From: Thermoplasmata archaeon
GTDB taxonomy: Archaea; Thermoplasmatota; Thermoplasmata; Thermoplasmatales; GCA-001856825
Direction: 5' to 3'
Assembly (NCBI GenBank): GCA_021792255.1
Contig: JAJYUZ010000001.1
Location: 434,135-498,134 of the forward strand
DNA length: 64,000 bases
The notes beneath the pieces were generated by a model. That model was given only the letters and a program-made list of their open reading frames with translations. It was not told the origin of the DNA and made no database searches. Positions 37,760 through 47,800 of this stretch are shown here, one piece after another; the stretch's first letter is position 1, and each line of letters opens with the position of its first letter. The position numbers and the translations under genes were made by a program.

Positions 37760-37892
37760 GTGAGTGTTTGTGTGTTTTCATAGATGAGAACGGCGGATTG
37801 AGGAACGGATTCTATGGACGGAAAATGAAGACGAGGTTTGGGGAGATAGACGACCTCACCGTTCCCAGTGACAAGGAAGGGATATTCAGATT
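37760..37892 (+). mobile_element. IS256 (Mutator)-family transposase fragment
   Basis: RNGFYGRKMKTRFGEIDDLTVPSDKEGIF matches the IS256 N-terminal pattern RNG.Y.R...TR.G....L.VPRDR.G.F. Only a short remnant; boundaries approximate. Confidence 0.7.
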
Positions 37893-38444
37893 TGCCGCTT
37901 ATCCGACGGTCGCGTGGGTTTTTTCACCTGGTACGTCCACAAGGGACTTGGTATCTTTGTTGTGATCAGTGGTACTGATCCGAACACAGGTCTGCCTATC
38001 ATACTGATTCCTTGGCTTTCCTTTTGATTATTAGGTCAAAAAATCGCGTTCGAAACTATGGCGTCGCTCTCTACGAGAGAAAGGAAAATTTGGAATAAGA
38101 AAGAGAATTGGTTGTCACAAAATGGTGCGCTTATTACAGTTTAAATCAGAGAAGACATATGCACTGAAAGATTAGAAACAGATTTGGTTCAATTAAAGAG
38201 TTCTTTCTACCGTGTTTCCAAGGTTCTACTCTCTCACAGAGCTTCCGGAGAAAGTATTCCACGAGGCCGTAAAATAAGTAGTTCCTCTTGACCAAAGGGC
38301 CCCGAACTGAAGGTGTAACAAAAGTCCCAACCCCGCACAATAATAACGATTGAATACAGGAAGTAGTTCGAGACCACAAAGTCCTGTCCTTATATTCAAC
38401 TGGTCACATGATGATACAAGACTGTCATTTATAGAGGTATGAAT

Positions 38445-38463
38445 TCTTTACTAAAAGTAAAGA
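38445..38463. promoter_or_regulatory. Palindrome upstream of the AbrB-type antitoxin; candidate TA autorepression operator
   Basis: TCTTTACT-AAA-AGTAAAGA perfect 8-bp arms, just downstream of TTTATA (38428-38433). Confidence 0.5.
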
Positions 38464-38492
38464 TATAATACCACAATTCCATATATTATAAG

Positions 38493-38720
38493 ATGGTAAA
38501 GAAAGGGACTATAAGTTCGAAGGGACAGATTACGTTGCCCAAAGTGTTGAGAGAAAAATACCATTTCAATGCTGGGGAGACAGTTGTGATGCTTGATTCT
38601 GGAGACGGTATTTTGATAAAGCACCCCCGAGAATCGCTTCGTGGACTTCTGAAAGAAGAAATTGATATTGACAAATTTGAAAAAGAATTAAAGAAACTTC
38701 GAAAAGAGTGGACAACATGA
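38493..38720 (+). CDS. AbrB/MazE/SpoVT-family antitoxin (VapB)
   Basis: ISSKGQITLPK.LR.KY....G. ATGA overlap with the PIN gene. Confidence 0.88.
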   Translation: MVKKGTISSKGQITLPKVLREKYHFNAGETVVMLDSGDGILIKHPRESLRGLLKEEIDIDKFEKELKKLRKEWTT

Positions 38721-39118
38721 CGGACTTCCTCATGGATACAGTTGCGCTTGTTCACTATCTTGAAGATAATTTGCCACGCTCGGCTGAGTCTGCAGTTGAT
38801 CAGGCAGAAAGAGGAAAGGGATCTCTGCTTCTACCTCAAATAGTCTTGGGTGAGTTCATCTATATCACACTAAAAGGTCGATTAAACATCCCAAATCCTA
38901 TTAGTTCAATCGGACAGATTATAGATCAACTCAGAGGCTCTCCACTATTTTCAATTTCGTCCATGCCCCTGGAAGCATGGGATATCTTTACGCAACTAAA
39001 GGTTCCTGAATTACACGATCGCATGATTGCGGCAGAAGCTTTGGCGAGAGATCTTCCCGTAATTTCAAATGATCCGTCATTGGCTTCTGTAAAGGATCTT
39101 AAGATAATCTGGAAATAA
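38717..39118 (+). CDS. PIN-domain toxin (VapC)
   Basis: MDT.AL, IVLGE, LHDRMIAA.A and ISND. Start ATG 38717 overlaps the antitoxin stop. Confidence 0.88.
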   Translation: MTDFLMDTVALVHYLEDNLPRSAESAVDQAERGKGSLLLPQIVLGEFIYITLKGRLNIPNPISSIGQIIDQLRGSPLFSISSMPLEAWDIFTQLKVPELHDRMIAAEALARDLPVISNDPSLASVKDLKIIWK

Positions 39119-39253
39119 TAGGATTTGGTCATTGCAAGCCATTCAACCACTCTTCTACATAGAAATTGTTTTACTGGGAAAGAGAATGTTTATCCAGAAT
39201 TTTGGTCGCAGAGTTCCCTTTCAAGTATATATAACAAATGTGAATTAAGAGAA

Positions 39254-39706
39254 GTGAAAGCACCAGACTTTGATTCGTTGTTCAAAGAATTTGAAAGTGA
39301 ATTGAAAGTTCAAAAAGAGGATATCGCATTGTTTGTGGTTCGATTCCTTAACACGAAGATCCCGCACTACAACTGGGTTGGAATCTATATGATAGATGGT
39401 GAGAACCTTGTGCTGCGAACTTATTCTGGCCCTAAAGAGACAGAGCATACAAGGATAAAAGTGGGCGACGGGATATGCGGACTTGCAGCAAAAGAAGAGC
39501 TTACGGTGATAGTACCAGACGTTTCAAAGGATTCGAGATATATCGCTTGCTTCCCGGAGACAAAATCTGAGTTGGTCGCCCCCATCTTTAAGGAAGGGAA
39601 AGTGACTGGTGAAGTAGACATAGACAGTGATTTTGTCAATCCATTCACCAATCAAGACAAACATTTCCTTGATAGAATAATAAACTTAATAGGGAGAAGG
39701 CTATAA
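39254..39706 (+). CDS. msrC: GAF-domain free methionine-(R)-sulfoxide reductase (fRMsr)
   Basis: NWVGIY, I.VG.GICG, VPDV, YIAC...KSE.V.PI and DIDS. GTG 39254 lies about 25 nt after TATATA. Confidence 0.82.
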   Translation: MKAPDFDSLFKEFESELKVQKEDIALFVVRFLNTKIPHYNWVGIYMIDGENLVLRTYSGPKETEHTRIKVGDGICGLAAKEELTVIVPDVSKDSRYIACFPETKSELVAPIFKEGKVTGEVDIDSDFVNPFTNQDKHFLDRIINLIGRRL

Positions 39707-39765
39707 CTAAAAAAGGGAGATTTGTGACAGTTTCAAGTATTGTTAAGTATTCCACAGGTGGTATA

Positions 39766-39957
39766 ATGGCGAATAAAAAGTATTCTAAATATGAAAAAGC
39801 TAGGATAGTTGGTGCAAGGGCTCTTCAGATTTCCATGGGAGCGCCCATCATCATAGAAATTCCAAAAGATGTCATAGACCCATTAAAGATTGCTCTCGTC
39901 GAGTATGACAACGACGCTATACCGATGACCGTAAAAAGGAAAACTCGGGCGAAGTAG
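39766..39957 (+). CDS. rpoK: DNA-directed RNA polymerase subunit K (Rpo6)
   Basis: [22 protein letters not shown]...DPL.IA..E. ATG 39766 is preferred. Confidence 0.96.
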   Translation: MANKKYSKYEKARIVGARALQISMGAPIIIEIPKDVIDPLKIALVEYDNDAIPMTVKRKTRAK

Positions 39958-39962
39958 ATTTT

Positions 39963-40346
39963 ATGAAGAACTGGAGCGGGCACATCATTTTCCCACAAAA
40001 CTTTGAATGGAAGCAACTCGAGAAAAGCTTCCGGGGAATGATGGAACTCTTCTTCAAGGAAACGAACGAGATGGAAGATGAGCCTGATCACAGGGACGTG
40101 ATCATAATGCTCAACATGCAGGACATAAAGAACAATAGGAAGCCAGAGGGATATACCAGGGAAGGAAAACTGAGAATGATTTTCCCCCTAGACAAGAAGG
40201 AAATTACTATCCTTGCAGGACTGCCAGAAACGTACGTCAGAGACGTATCGGAAGACATAAGCAAGTATCTGCTCACAAAGAAAATCAGGCACATTCTGGA
40301 ATTTGACCAGATGAAGTATACTGCTTACAGAAAGAAAAGAAAGTGA
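39963..40346 (+). CDS. Hypothetical protein
   Basis: 127-aa ORF 5 nt downstream of rpoK. No family recognised. Confidence 0.65.
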   Translation: MKNWSGHIIFPQNFEWKQLEKSFRGMMELFFKETNEMEDEPDHRDVIIMLNMQDIKNNRKPEGYTREGKLRMIFPLDKKEITILAGLPETYVRDVSEDISKYLLTKKIRHILEFDQMKYTAYRKKRK

Positions 40347-40626
40347 TTAGAACTCTGCGAAGCAATAAATTTTTTGCTGTGGCTCTTTACGCATTTATAT
40401 GAGCCAATATCATCTGGATCATTCCTGAGGGTTTTACCATTCTTATGGTTTAGAGTATATACTTCTAAGTAATTTATTCAAAATTAAAAGCAAAAGCTGA
40501 GCTGACGAAAATACAAGGTGATAAGGAGTTTAGCCTTTTTGTAAAGGAAGTCTCTGGAAAGCCGTCCGTACCTGCTACACAACTAGCTGATCTATATTGA
40601 GAAATCCCGTGATTGTTCTCGATGCA

Positions 40627-41772
40627 TCACGACAAGAACTGGACTATTCTCTCTGCACCTTCTTCTAGATCCTTGTCAGCAAGAGCGAAGGATAGTCTGA
40701 CCCTGTTTTTCCCAGAGGGTCCAAATCCAGAACCCGGGGTGACTAGCACCTTCTTTTGTTCCAGGAGACCGGTCGAAAATTCTTCGCCGGTCATCCCATT
40801 TTTAAGTCTAGGAAATGCATAGAAGGCTCCGGCCGGTTTATTGAATTCTATCTTGTCACTCTTTGTAAGGATGGAATGAAGAATGTCTCTTCTTTTCTGG
40901 AATATCTTTTTAAGACTTTCTGGAAATGCAGGTTCGTCTATCGCCTTCAAGGCGGCATATTGTGAAACGGACGGAGCGCAGGTGATCGTGTGCTGCTGGT
41001 ACGCGTCCATGTAGGATGTGAATTCTGGTGGAGAGATCAGATATCCGATCCTCCATCCCGTCATGGCGTGACTCTTTGAGAATCCGTTGATGATGAACGA
41101 TCTCTCTCCCATCTCTGGATATGAGAGTATGGAAATGTGCTTACCTTCGTAGATTATCTTTTCATAGAGCTCGTCCGATACAACGTATAGATCGTTGTCT
41201 GCGGCCACTTCGGCGATACTCTTGATGTCTTGACTGGATGCGACCCAGCCGTGGGGATTGGATGGTGAATTTATAATGATCATCTTCGTCTTGTCGTCTA
41301 TCTTCTCTTTGAGTCCTTCTATGTCTGGACTACCGTCACTCTTTGACGGAAAATATTTGGGTATTCCCCCAGCTATCTTGATTATCTCCGGATAAGATAC
41401 AAAACTGGGGTCCTGTATCAGAACGTTGTCCCCAGGTTCTATAACTGCTTGCACGGCCATATTGATTGCAAACTTTGCAGGAGTGACAATCACGTTGCCG
41501 CTCTTTATGTCCTTCCCCGTCATTCCGTGATACTTCTGTGCCACCTTGTCCCTTAACTCCTTGATTCCCAGAGAAGATGTGTAATGGGTCTTCCCCTCTC
41601 TTGCTTTCTTCGCTGCAAAATCTATAACGTCTTCGGGAGTCGTTGCATCCGGCTCTCCTACGCCGAACGATATTGGGTTCTCTCCCTTTTCCTTGAGTTC
41701 TGCGAACTTGTTGTTGAGCGAAACTGTCGGAGAGGGAAGTATTGCTTTAAACCTTGACGATACCATTTCCAC
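40627..41772 (-). CDS. Class I/II PLP-dependent aminotransferase (aspartate aminotransferase-like)
   Basis: VGEPD, INSPSNP.G, SDE.Y, GFSKSHAMTGWRIGY, GAFY and PGSGFG...RLSFA. Confidence 0.92.
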   Translation of the reverse strand: MEMVSSRFKAILPSPTVSLNNKFAELKEKGENPISFGVGEPDATTPEDVIDFAAKKAREGKTHYTSSLGIKELRDKVAQKYHGMTGKDIKSGNVIVTPAKFAINMAVQAVIEPGDNVLIQDPSFVSYPEIIKIAGGIPKYFPSKSDGSPDIEGLKEKIDDKTKMIIINSPSNPHGWVASSQDIKSIAEVAADNDLYVVSDELYEKIIYEGKHISILSYPEMGERSFIINGFSKSHAMTGWRIGYLISPPEFTSYMDAYQQHTITCAPSVSQYAALKAIDEPAFPESLKKIFQKRRDILHSILTKSDKIEFNKPAGAFYAFPRLKNGMTGEEFSTGLLEQKKVLVTPGSGFGPSGKNRVRLSFALADKDLEEGAERIVQFLS

Positions 41773-42004
41773 TTCATGTTCCTTTCAATATTTAAATTTC
41801 TGACCCTTCGGATGCTACTTATCTCATTCCTTCGGTGCTGTCCACCGGGTGCATAGAATGGAAATGTTTGGTTCTTCCTTTATATCTACTGACCTCCTTC
41901 CAACAAAGGTACTTGCCCTAATTCCTAGAGTACCTTTTGAGCAAAACAGAAGGGCTTTCCGTTTCGTTCAGAAAAAGTAAATAAATAAATCGGTTTTTAG
42001 TAAT

Positions 42005-42760
42005 GTGTCCATCCAGGTCAATTCTCTTAGCAAATTTTACGGGGATAAGCAGGTGCTATCTGATTTCTCTATAGAGATTAAAACCGGAGAAATCCACGGT
42101 ATCCTGGGACCTAACGGATCCGGCAAGACTACCCTCCTAAAGATAATGGCCGGCATTTCACAATTCGATAAGGGAACGGTCACTGTGGGCGGAGTTGACG
42201 CAAAGTCTGATCAAATAGGTGTGAGGAAGATTGTCGGTTATGTTCCGGAGACCCCGTGGCTCTACGAAAGTCTTACACCTTACGAATATTTCAGCTTCAT
42301 TGGCTCGATTAGAGAGATTCCTAATGATATCGCGGAGCGAAGAGCGAATGATCTTACCAAGGCGTTTGGAATGGAAGAGTACAATGACCAATTCATAGGG
42401 AGCCTGTCCTTTGGAACCAAACAAAAAGTCTCGATCATTGCCTCTCTGATACACGCTCCAAAAATACTGATACTAGACGAAAGCATCAATGGGCTTGATC
42501 CTCAGTCTGCAAAGATATTCAGAGATCTGCTGAGGAGCCTTGCTCAGGACGGCATGACTGTCGTCTTCTCGACCCACATCCTGGAAATTGCTGAAAACGT
42601 GTGCAACGAAATTGCCATAATGAATACGGGTAAAATCGTGGCAGAGGGAAGAACAGAAGAACTTTTAAAAGAAAGAAATCTGGAAGACGTTTTCATTGGC
42701 CTCACCTCTACGGAAGATATCAGTTCTGTGGTGAACGCGTTAAGGGGAACTTTACGCTAG
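42005..42760 (+). CDS. ABC-2-type transporter ATP-binding protein
   Basis: GPNGSGKTT, LSFGTKQK, ILDE..NGLDP and STH. No adjacent permease. Confidence 0.88.
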   Translation: MSIQVNSLSKFYGDKQVLSDFSIEIKTGEIHGILGPNGSGKTTLLKIMAGISQFDKGTVTVGGVDAKSDQIGVRKIVGYVPETPWLYESLTPYEYFSFIGSIREIPNDIAERRANDLTKAFGMEEYNDQFIGSLSFGTKQKVSIIASLIHAPKILILDESINGLDPQSAKIFRDLLRSLAQDGMTVVFSTHILEIAENVCNEIAIMNTGKIVAEGRTEELLKERNLEDVFIGLTSTEDISSVVNALRGTLR

Positions 42761-42802
42761 CCTTCGACAAAATTATTAGTTGATGAACTTCATGCAATAG
42801 CT

Positions 42803-43888
42803 ATGTTATCATACAGCAAGATTTCTATTCCTCTAGTAAAACCATTCAAGACAAGTTTTGGAACTCAACTCACTCGAGATGCCATTTTGTTATTGTATCA
42901 AGACGGTGAGACCAGAGCATTCGCCGAGGCAGTCACAGAAAAGGGTCCGTATTACGGTTATGAGGACAATTACACGGTTCTTCACGTAATGAACGACCAT
43001 CTGAAAGGAATTTTTTCTCCTGATCTGGAACCGCATGAATTCAATGAGAAGGCCAGGAAGATTCGTGGACACAACATGGCAAAGGGTGCCGTGGAAATGT
43101 TGCTGTGGGATATTAACGCTAAGCGAGAAAGGAAACCTCTACACGAATTCCTGGGAAAGAGCAAGGGTTACGCAGATGTTGGAATTTCAATTGGAATGTC
43201 CACGATCGAAGACGAATTGAGGACCATAGAAGAATCCATAAAGAAGGGATTCAAGAGAATCAAAGTCAAGATTGAGAAGGGTTACAACGTAGAGTTGCTA
43301 AAGGCCATTAGAGAAAAATTTGGAGACGTCCCGATCAGCGCAGATGCAAATCAGGGGTTCACTAGGGCGGACTTCAAGCTCCTAAAAAAATTGGATGAAT
43401 TCAATCTCGTGTACCTCGAACAACCTCTTCCGCTTGAGGACATCAACGGTCACGCCCTTCTGAAGAAGGAAATCAAGACTCCCATCTGCCTGGATGAAAG
43501 TATTGAATCCGTAGAATCAGCCATGAATGCGATTGAGAGGGGAGCGGTGGACGTCATAAACATTAAGCCTGGGAGAGTTGGAGGACTGCAGAATTCCCTT
43601 GACGTTATGGAAAAAGCCAAAGAGAACGACATAAAGATTTGGATAGGGGGGATGTTAGAGACCGGAATTGGCAGATCATTCAACGTTTCATTGGCCGCTA
43701 ATTCGTTGGTGAATATGCCTGGCGATACTTCGCCAAATTACAGATACTTTAAGAAGGACATAACGAACGAGACCTTCGAAATGAAGGACGGCAAGATTTC
43801 ACCGTTTAAGGGAGATGGAATTGGAGTATCCCTCGATTACGAATTCCTGAGTAAGGTGCAGATCGAAGGGGGCAGATTGCTTGATTGA
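42803..43888 (+). CDS. N-acylamino acid racemase / o-succinylbenzoate synthase (NAAAR/OSBS subfamily)
   Basis: PFKTSFG, KVKI, DAN, EQP, LDESI, NIKPGRVGG, GGMLETG and PGDTS. Confidence 0.85.
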   Translation: MLSYSKISIPLVKPFKTSFGTQLTRDAILLLYQDGETRAFAEAVTEKGPYYGYEDNYTVLHVMNDHLKGIFSPDLEPHEFNEKARKIRGHNMAKGAVEMLLWDINAKRERKPLHEFLGKSKGYADVGISIGMSTIEDELRTIEESIKKGFKRIKVKIEKGYNVELLKAIREKFGDVPISADANQGFTRADFKLLKKLDEFNLVYLEQPLPLEDINGHALLKKEIKTPICLDESIESVESAMNAIERGAVDVINIKPGRVGGLQNSLDVMEKAKENDIKIWIGGMLETGIGRSFNVSLAANSLVNMPGDTSPNYRYFKKDITNETFEMKDGKISPFKGDGIGVSLDYEFLSKVQIEGGRLLD

Positions 43889-44987
43889 TTTGACGGAAGT
43901 AGAGAAGATATATCCGCTGATGGTAGAATATAGGAGATACATCCACGAGAATCCAGAGCTCGGAATGGAAACTGTTGAGACAAAAAATTACGTGAAAAAA
44001 CTTGCCAACGATCTGGGATTTGTGGTAAGAGAGATTGGAAACGGTCTCATCGTTGATTCGGGAAAATCGCCACGAATTGCACTGAGAGCCGATATGGATT
44101 CTCTTCCGATAGTGGAGGAGACGGGGCTCGCCTTCTCTTCCAAGAACATGGGAAAGATGCACGCTTGTGGCCACGATTTGCACACGTCGGTGTTGATGGG
44201 TGCAATGATCTACTGCAAGAGGATGAGCCTAAAGCCCGTACGATTTATTTTCCAGCCTGGAGAGGAAATCGGACAAGGCGCGTCAATGATGATAGAGGGT
44301 GGTTCGCTGGACGGAATATCTCACACCTTCGGACTTCATTCCTGGCCCGCCTTGAACGTGGGAGAATATTCTATTTGCAGAGGAAAGGCTATGGCCGCGG
44401 TAGATAGTTTTGAAATAAAAGTGAAAGGAAAGGGTGGACACGGCGCCTACCCTCATCTAGCATACGACACCATCCTGGAATCATCACGCATAATCCAATA
44501 TCTACTTACCGTGCCTGCTAGAAAAATAGACCCGCTAGATTCTGCGGTCCTGAGTATAGGCTACGTGAACGGGGGAAAGGCGAACAACATAATTCCTGCA
44601 GAAGTCAATATTGGAGGGACAGTAAGAACCTACAAGAGCGAGGATTCGGAGATCATTGAGAATGAAATTAACAAACTGAAGGGAGAGCACGTCGAAATCT
44701 CTTATCACAGGGAGCTACCTCCTCTGATAAACGAAGAGAAATTTTCCAAACTTGTGGATTCTGTCGCTTCCAAATACGTCAAGCAAGTCGAAGCAAAACC
44801 GACAATGGGAGGAGAAGATTTTGCATATTACTGTTCAAAGGTTCCGAGTGCATTTGCGTTTCTCGGAACGGGCAAGATCCAGGGCAGAGAAGTTTCTAAA
44901 CACTCGAGCGTATTCGATATAAACGAGGAAGCTCTGAAATATGGCCTTCTGCTGCATTTATCTGCCATCTATTCCACCTTGGTTTAG
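43881..44987 (+). CDS. M20D amidohydrolase (aminoacylase/carboxypeptidase)
   Basis: H.NPEL, RADMD.LP, MHACGHD.H, FQPGEE, GGHGA.PH and GGEDF. Confidence 0.9.
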   Translation: MIDLTEVEKIYPLMVEYRRYIHENPELGMETVETKNYVKKLANDLGFVVREIGNGLIVDSGKSPRIALRADMDSLPIVEETGLAFSSKNMGKMHACGHDLHTSVLMGAMIYCKRMSLKPVRFIFQPGEEIGQGASMMIEGGSLDGISHTFGLHSWPALNVGEYSICRGKAMAAVDSFEIKVKGKGGHGAYPHLAYDTILESSRIIQYLLTVPARKIDPLDSAVLSIGYVNGGKANNIIPAEVNIGGTVRTYKSEDSEIIENEINKLKGEHVEISYHRELPPLINEEKFSKLVDSVASKYVKQVEAKPTMGGEDFAYYCSKVPSAFAFLGTGKIQGREVSKHSSVFDINEEALKYGLLLHLSAIYSTLV

Positions 44988-45026
44988 TTAAAATAACATT
45001 TATTATTGATGCTGTTATTTGGTAGA

Positions 45027-45398
45027 GTGGTCGATCCCGCAACGAATTATTTTTCCTGCACCGATAAGGAGAGGGCAATTTTCGAGGCTGGAGTTAAACT
45101 AGGTTCAATTTATCATCAATATACAGGAATACCAATCAACGAGAACAACGTCGATTATGTGGAGAGAGCTATTGAAAAGGCAACTGCCGCTCAACCTTTC
45201 GTAACCAAAGTGAAGGTGAGCGTCGATAGGAGAAAAGTTGGAAAGGCTAAATCCACATACAGGTACAAGACCCTTCTGGGAGACATGATGGACGTCAGAT
45301 TGCAGATCAGGTACGGAAATGCGGTCGTAGAAGGAAAGATGGCATGGGTTCCCTCAATGAGATACCCCCTAATGAGATTCAAGGTGCTCAAGGGATGA
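45027..45398 (+). CDS. mptD: Archaeal dihydroneopterin aldolase
   Basis: ERAIFEAGVKLGSIYHQYTG.P...QPFV...YPLM. GTG 45027 is the likely start. Confidence 0.82.
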   Translation: MVDPATNYFSCTDKERAIFEAGVKLGSIYHQYTGIPINENNVDYVERAIEKATAAQPFVTKVKVSVDRRKVGKAKSTYRYKTLLGDMMDVRLQIRYGNAVVEGKMAWVPSMRYPLMRFKVLKG

Positions 45399-45934
45399 AG
45401 GTAAAAATCTCACTGGCCGGACTTCCTGGAGTTGGAAAGACCCAAACGCTCCTCAAAACGATTGACATTCTTGAAAAAGAGGGAAACGTCATCGGTGGAA
45501 TCCTGACCGAGAAGGTCATGGACGGAAAGGAGTCAGTCGGCCTTAAGGTGCTGGATTGGCACAGCAAGAATTCGATCATATTCGCGCACAAGAGCATAAA
45601 CTCGAGGATCAGAATAGGAAAATTTGGGGTAGACCTGAAGGCATTTGATCAGGTCGCGATTCCTGCGATTGAATGGTCGAGAGACAACGCTGACGTAATA
45701 GTCGTTGATGAAGTAGGCAAAATCGAGCAAGAGAGCAAGCCATACACAGAGATAGTTAAAGAGGTAATCGAGCTGGACAAGATGATGATTCTTACCCTAC
45801 ACAAGAAAGGTAGAAACCCCCTGCTCCAGGAGGTTAAGAAAAGGGACGACGTCAGGAGTCTGGAGGTTACCCAGATAAACAGAACCCTTCTTCCCTACAA
45901 GATCGCACAGCTCCTCAAGGGAGAGGAAGCTTGA
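45395..45934 (+). CDS. Nucleoside-triphosphatase (THEP1/NTPase_1)
   Basis: G.PGVGKT, GG..T, RIGKFGVD and DEVGK.E. ATGA-coupled start at 45395. Confidence 0.88.
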   Translation: MKVKISLAGLPGVGKTQTLLKTIDILEKEGNVIGGILTEKVMDGKESVGLKVLDWHSKNSIIFAHKSINSRIRIGKFGVDLKAFDQVAIPAIEWSRDNADVIVVDEVGKIEQESKPYTEIVKEVIELDKMMILTLHKKGRNPLLQEVKKRDDVRSLEVTQINRTLLPYKIAQLLKGEEA

Positions 45935-46929
45935 TTATTCACGAAGGAACAGTAGACATAGAAACTATTTCGACTTTTGAAAAGGGTCCCGGAAGAATTT
46001 CCCCTGGCTTCTACAACAGAACGATGGAATTGTCTAGAGATATGAGCGTAGCTCTCCTAAAAGTGCTCAAACCTGGAGTGGCGCTTGACTCGATGGCTGG
46101 CACGGGGATCAGGGGACTGAGGATCGCAAAAGAAACAGAATGGACCGTCGTGCTCAACGATAAGGATTCGAGAAACACCGAAATCCAGAAGAAGAACGCC
46201 GCGTTGAATTCGCTCGACCTGGAAGTGATGAGAGGGGACTATTTTTGTGCCGTATCGTCGCGAAAGTGGGACTACATTGATGTCGACCCATTCGGGACTC
46301 CATCGGGACTGGTGGATGCTGCTATAATGAATCTCAAGAACAACGGAATAGTCGGGGTGACGATGACCGATACGGCTAACCTGGAAGGGAAATCAATTTC
46401 AAAAGGCCACAGGATCTATGGCTCAAGATCCATCAAGGGAATCTATTCAAGGGAAATTTCGACCAGGATATTCGCAAAATATGTTATTGAAAGAGGAGCT
46501 TCGCTCGGCAGGGCTGGAAGAATCCTACTATCGATAAGGGACGGCCACTTCATAAGGGTGTTTGTCAGATTCAAGAAAGGAAATATGGTAGCCGATGACT
46601 CTCTGAAGGACTTGAAAATGGTAAACGTTGGTGGAGAGGAGATCGGACCTGTATATACCGGAAGGTTGTACGATCCCGAGATTCTCGAAAAGATTAATGG
46701 CTTCCATCTTTCTGACTATTCCCAAAAAGTGCTCTCCAATTTCAAGAACGAGGATCTGATGTTCCTCTTCTATGAGAACTCGAATGGAGGACGAGAGGTG
46801 AAGAAATCTAGGATCATAGAAGAACTACAAAATAGAGGTCATAAGGCGGGTAACACAAATTTCAGCGAAAAAGGAATCAAATCGGATGCAGAAAGCGAAG
46901 AGTACAGAAAAATTGTGAGCCTGCTATAA
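45931..46929 (+). CDS. trm1: tRNA (guanine-26-N2)-dimethyltransferase
   Basis: FYN..M..SRD, AGTGIRGLR, ND, DVDPFGTP and TD.A.L.G. Confidence 0.88.
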   Translation: MIIHEGTVDIETISTFEKGPGRISPGFYNRTMELSRDMSVALLKVLKPGVALDSMAGTGIRGLRIAKETEWTVVLNDKDSRNTEIQKKNAALNSLDLEVMRGDYFCAVSSRKWDYIDVDPFGTPSGLVDAAIMNLKNNGIVGVTMTDTANLEGKSISKGHRIYGSRSIKGIYSREISTRIFAKYVIERGASLGRAGRILLSIRDGHFIRVFVRFKKGNMVADDSLKDLKMVNVGGEEIGPVYTGRLYDPEILEKINGFHLSDYSQKVLSNFKNEDLMFLFYENSNGGREVKKSRIIEELQNRGHKAGNTNFSEKGIKSDAESEEYRKIVSLL

Positions 46930-46981
46930 AAAGGCTATATTCAGACAAGCTTATTTAATAGTTGAACCTTCGGTTGTAGGC

Positions 46982-47800
46982 ATGAAAGGATATCTCGCAC
47001 TGATGAGACCTGTTAACGCGGTTATGGCGTCCTTTGGAACCGTGATCGGTGGAATCATTGCAGTAGAGAGCATCAGGGGACTTCTGTACCCCAAACTGTA
47101 TTTGGCTATGGCAGTAGTTTTCTTGGTACTGCTAGGCGGAAATATCCTGAACGATTACTTCGATGCTGAAACAGACAGGATCAACCATCCTTCGAGACCC
47201 ATACCTTCAGGGGAGGTTTCAAGGACGTCTGCAAAGTACCTGGCAATCGCCCTCTTTGTGGCTGGTTTAGTACTGTCAATATTTACGCTTAACATAACGC
47301 AATTCCTGATTGCGGGTCTGGCCGTTTTTCTGCTCGTGACCTATGAGTGGAAAACAAAGGCCTGGGGACTTGTGGGAAATATAATCATATCAGCGCTAGT
47401 TGGGCTGATTTTCATCTACGGAAGTTTATCGATCAAACTGACCTACGTGGTGATAGTCTTATCCCTGATGGCATTCCTCGCCAATCTTGCGAGGGAGATA
47501 GTCAAGGACGTGGAGGATGTCACTGGAGACGTCAACAGGACGACCCTCCCCAAAAAGATAGGTAAGGGGCTCAGTCTGGTCGCAGCAGCGATCCTGATCA
47601 TCCTGGCCGTTTCTCTGACCCCCATACCCTACGTCTTCTTCAACTGGAGTGGGTTTTACGCTTTCACTGTCGCACTTTCCGACATAATTTTCATAGCCTC
47701 CGTTTTCTTCTTCTTTAACAACCAGACCAGAGGACAGAATCTGATTAAGATAGCAATGATCCTCGGTCTGGTGGCTTTCCTGGTTGGTAGCGCTTTATGA
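46982..47800 (+). CDS. Digeranylgeranylglyceryl phosphate synthase (UbiA family)
   Basis: L.RP.N, NDYFD.ETDRINHPSRPIPSG, GN and AREIVKDVEDV.GD. Coupled to the GGGP synthase gene. Confidence 0.9.
   Translation: MKGYLALMRPVNAVMASFGTVIGGIIAVESIRGLLYPKLYLAMAVVFLVLLGGNILNDYFDAETDRINHPSRPIPSGEVSRTSAKYLAIALFVAGLVLSIFTLNITQFLIAGLAVFLLVTYEWKTKAWGLVGNIIISALVGLIFIYGSLSIKLTYVVIVLSLMAFLANLAREIVKDVEDVTGDVNRTTLPKKIGKGLSLVAAAILIILAVSLTPIPYVFFNWSGFYAFTVALSDIIFIASVFFFFNNQTRGQNLIKIAMILGLVAFLVGSAL

Noticed and set aside
38130-38400. Possible degraded ORF between the IS256 scar and vapBC
   Set aside because: Short frames broken by stops and frameshifts, with no family I can recognise.
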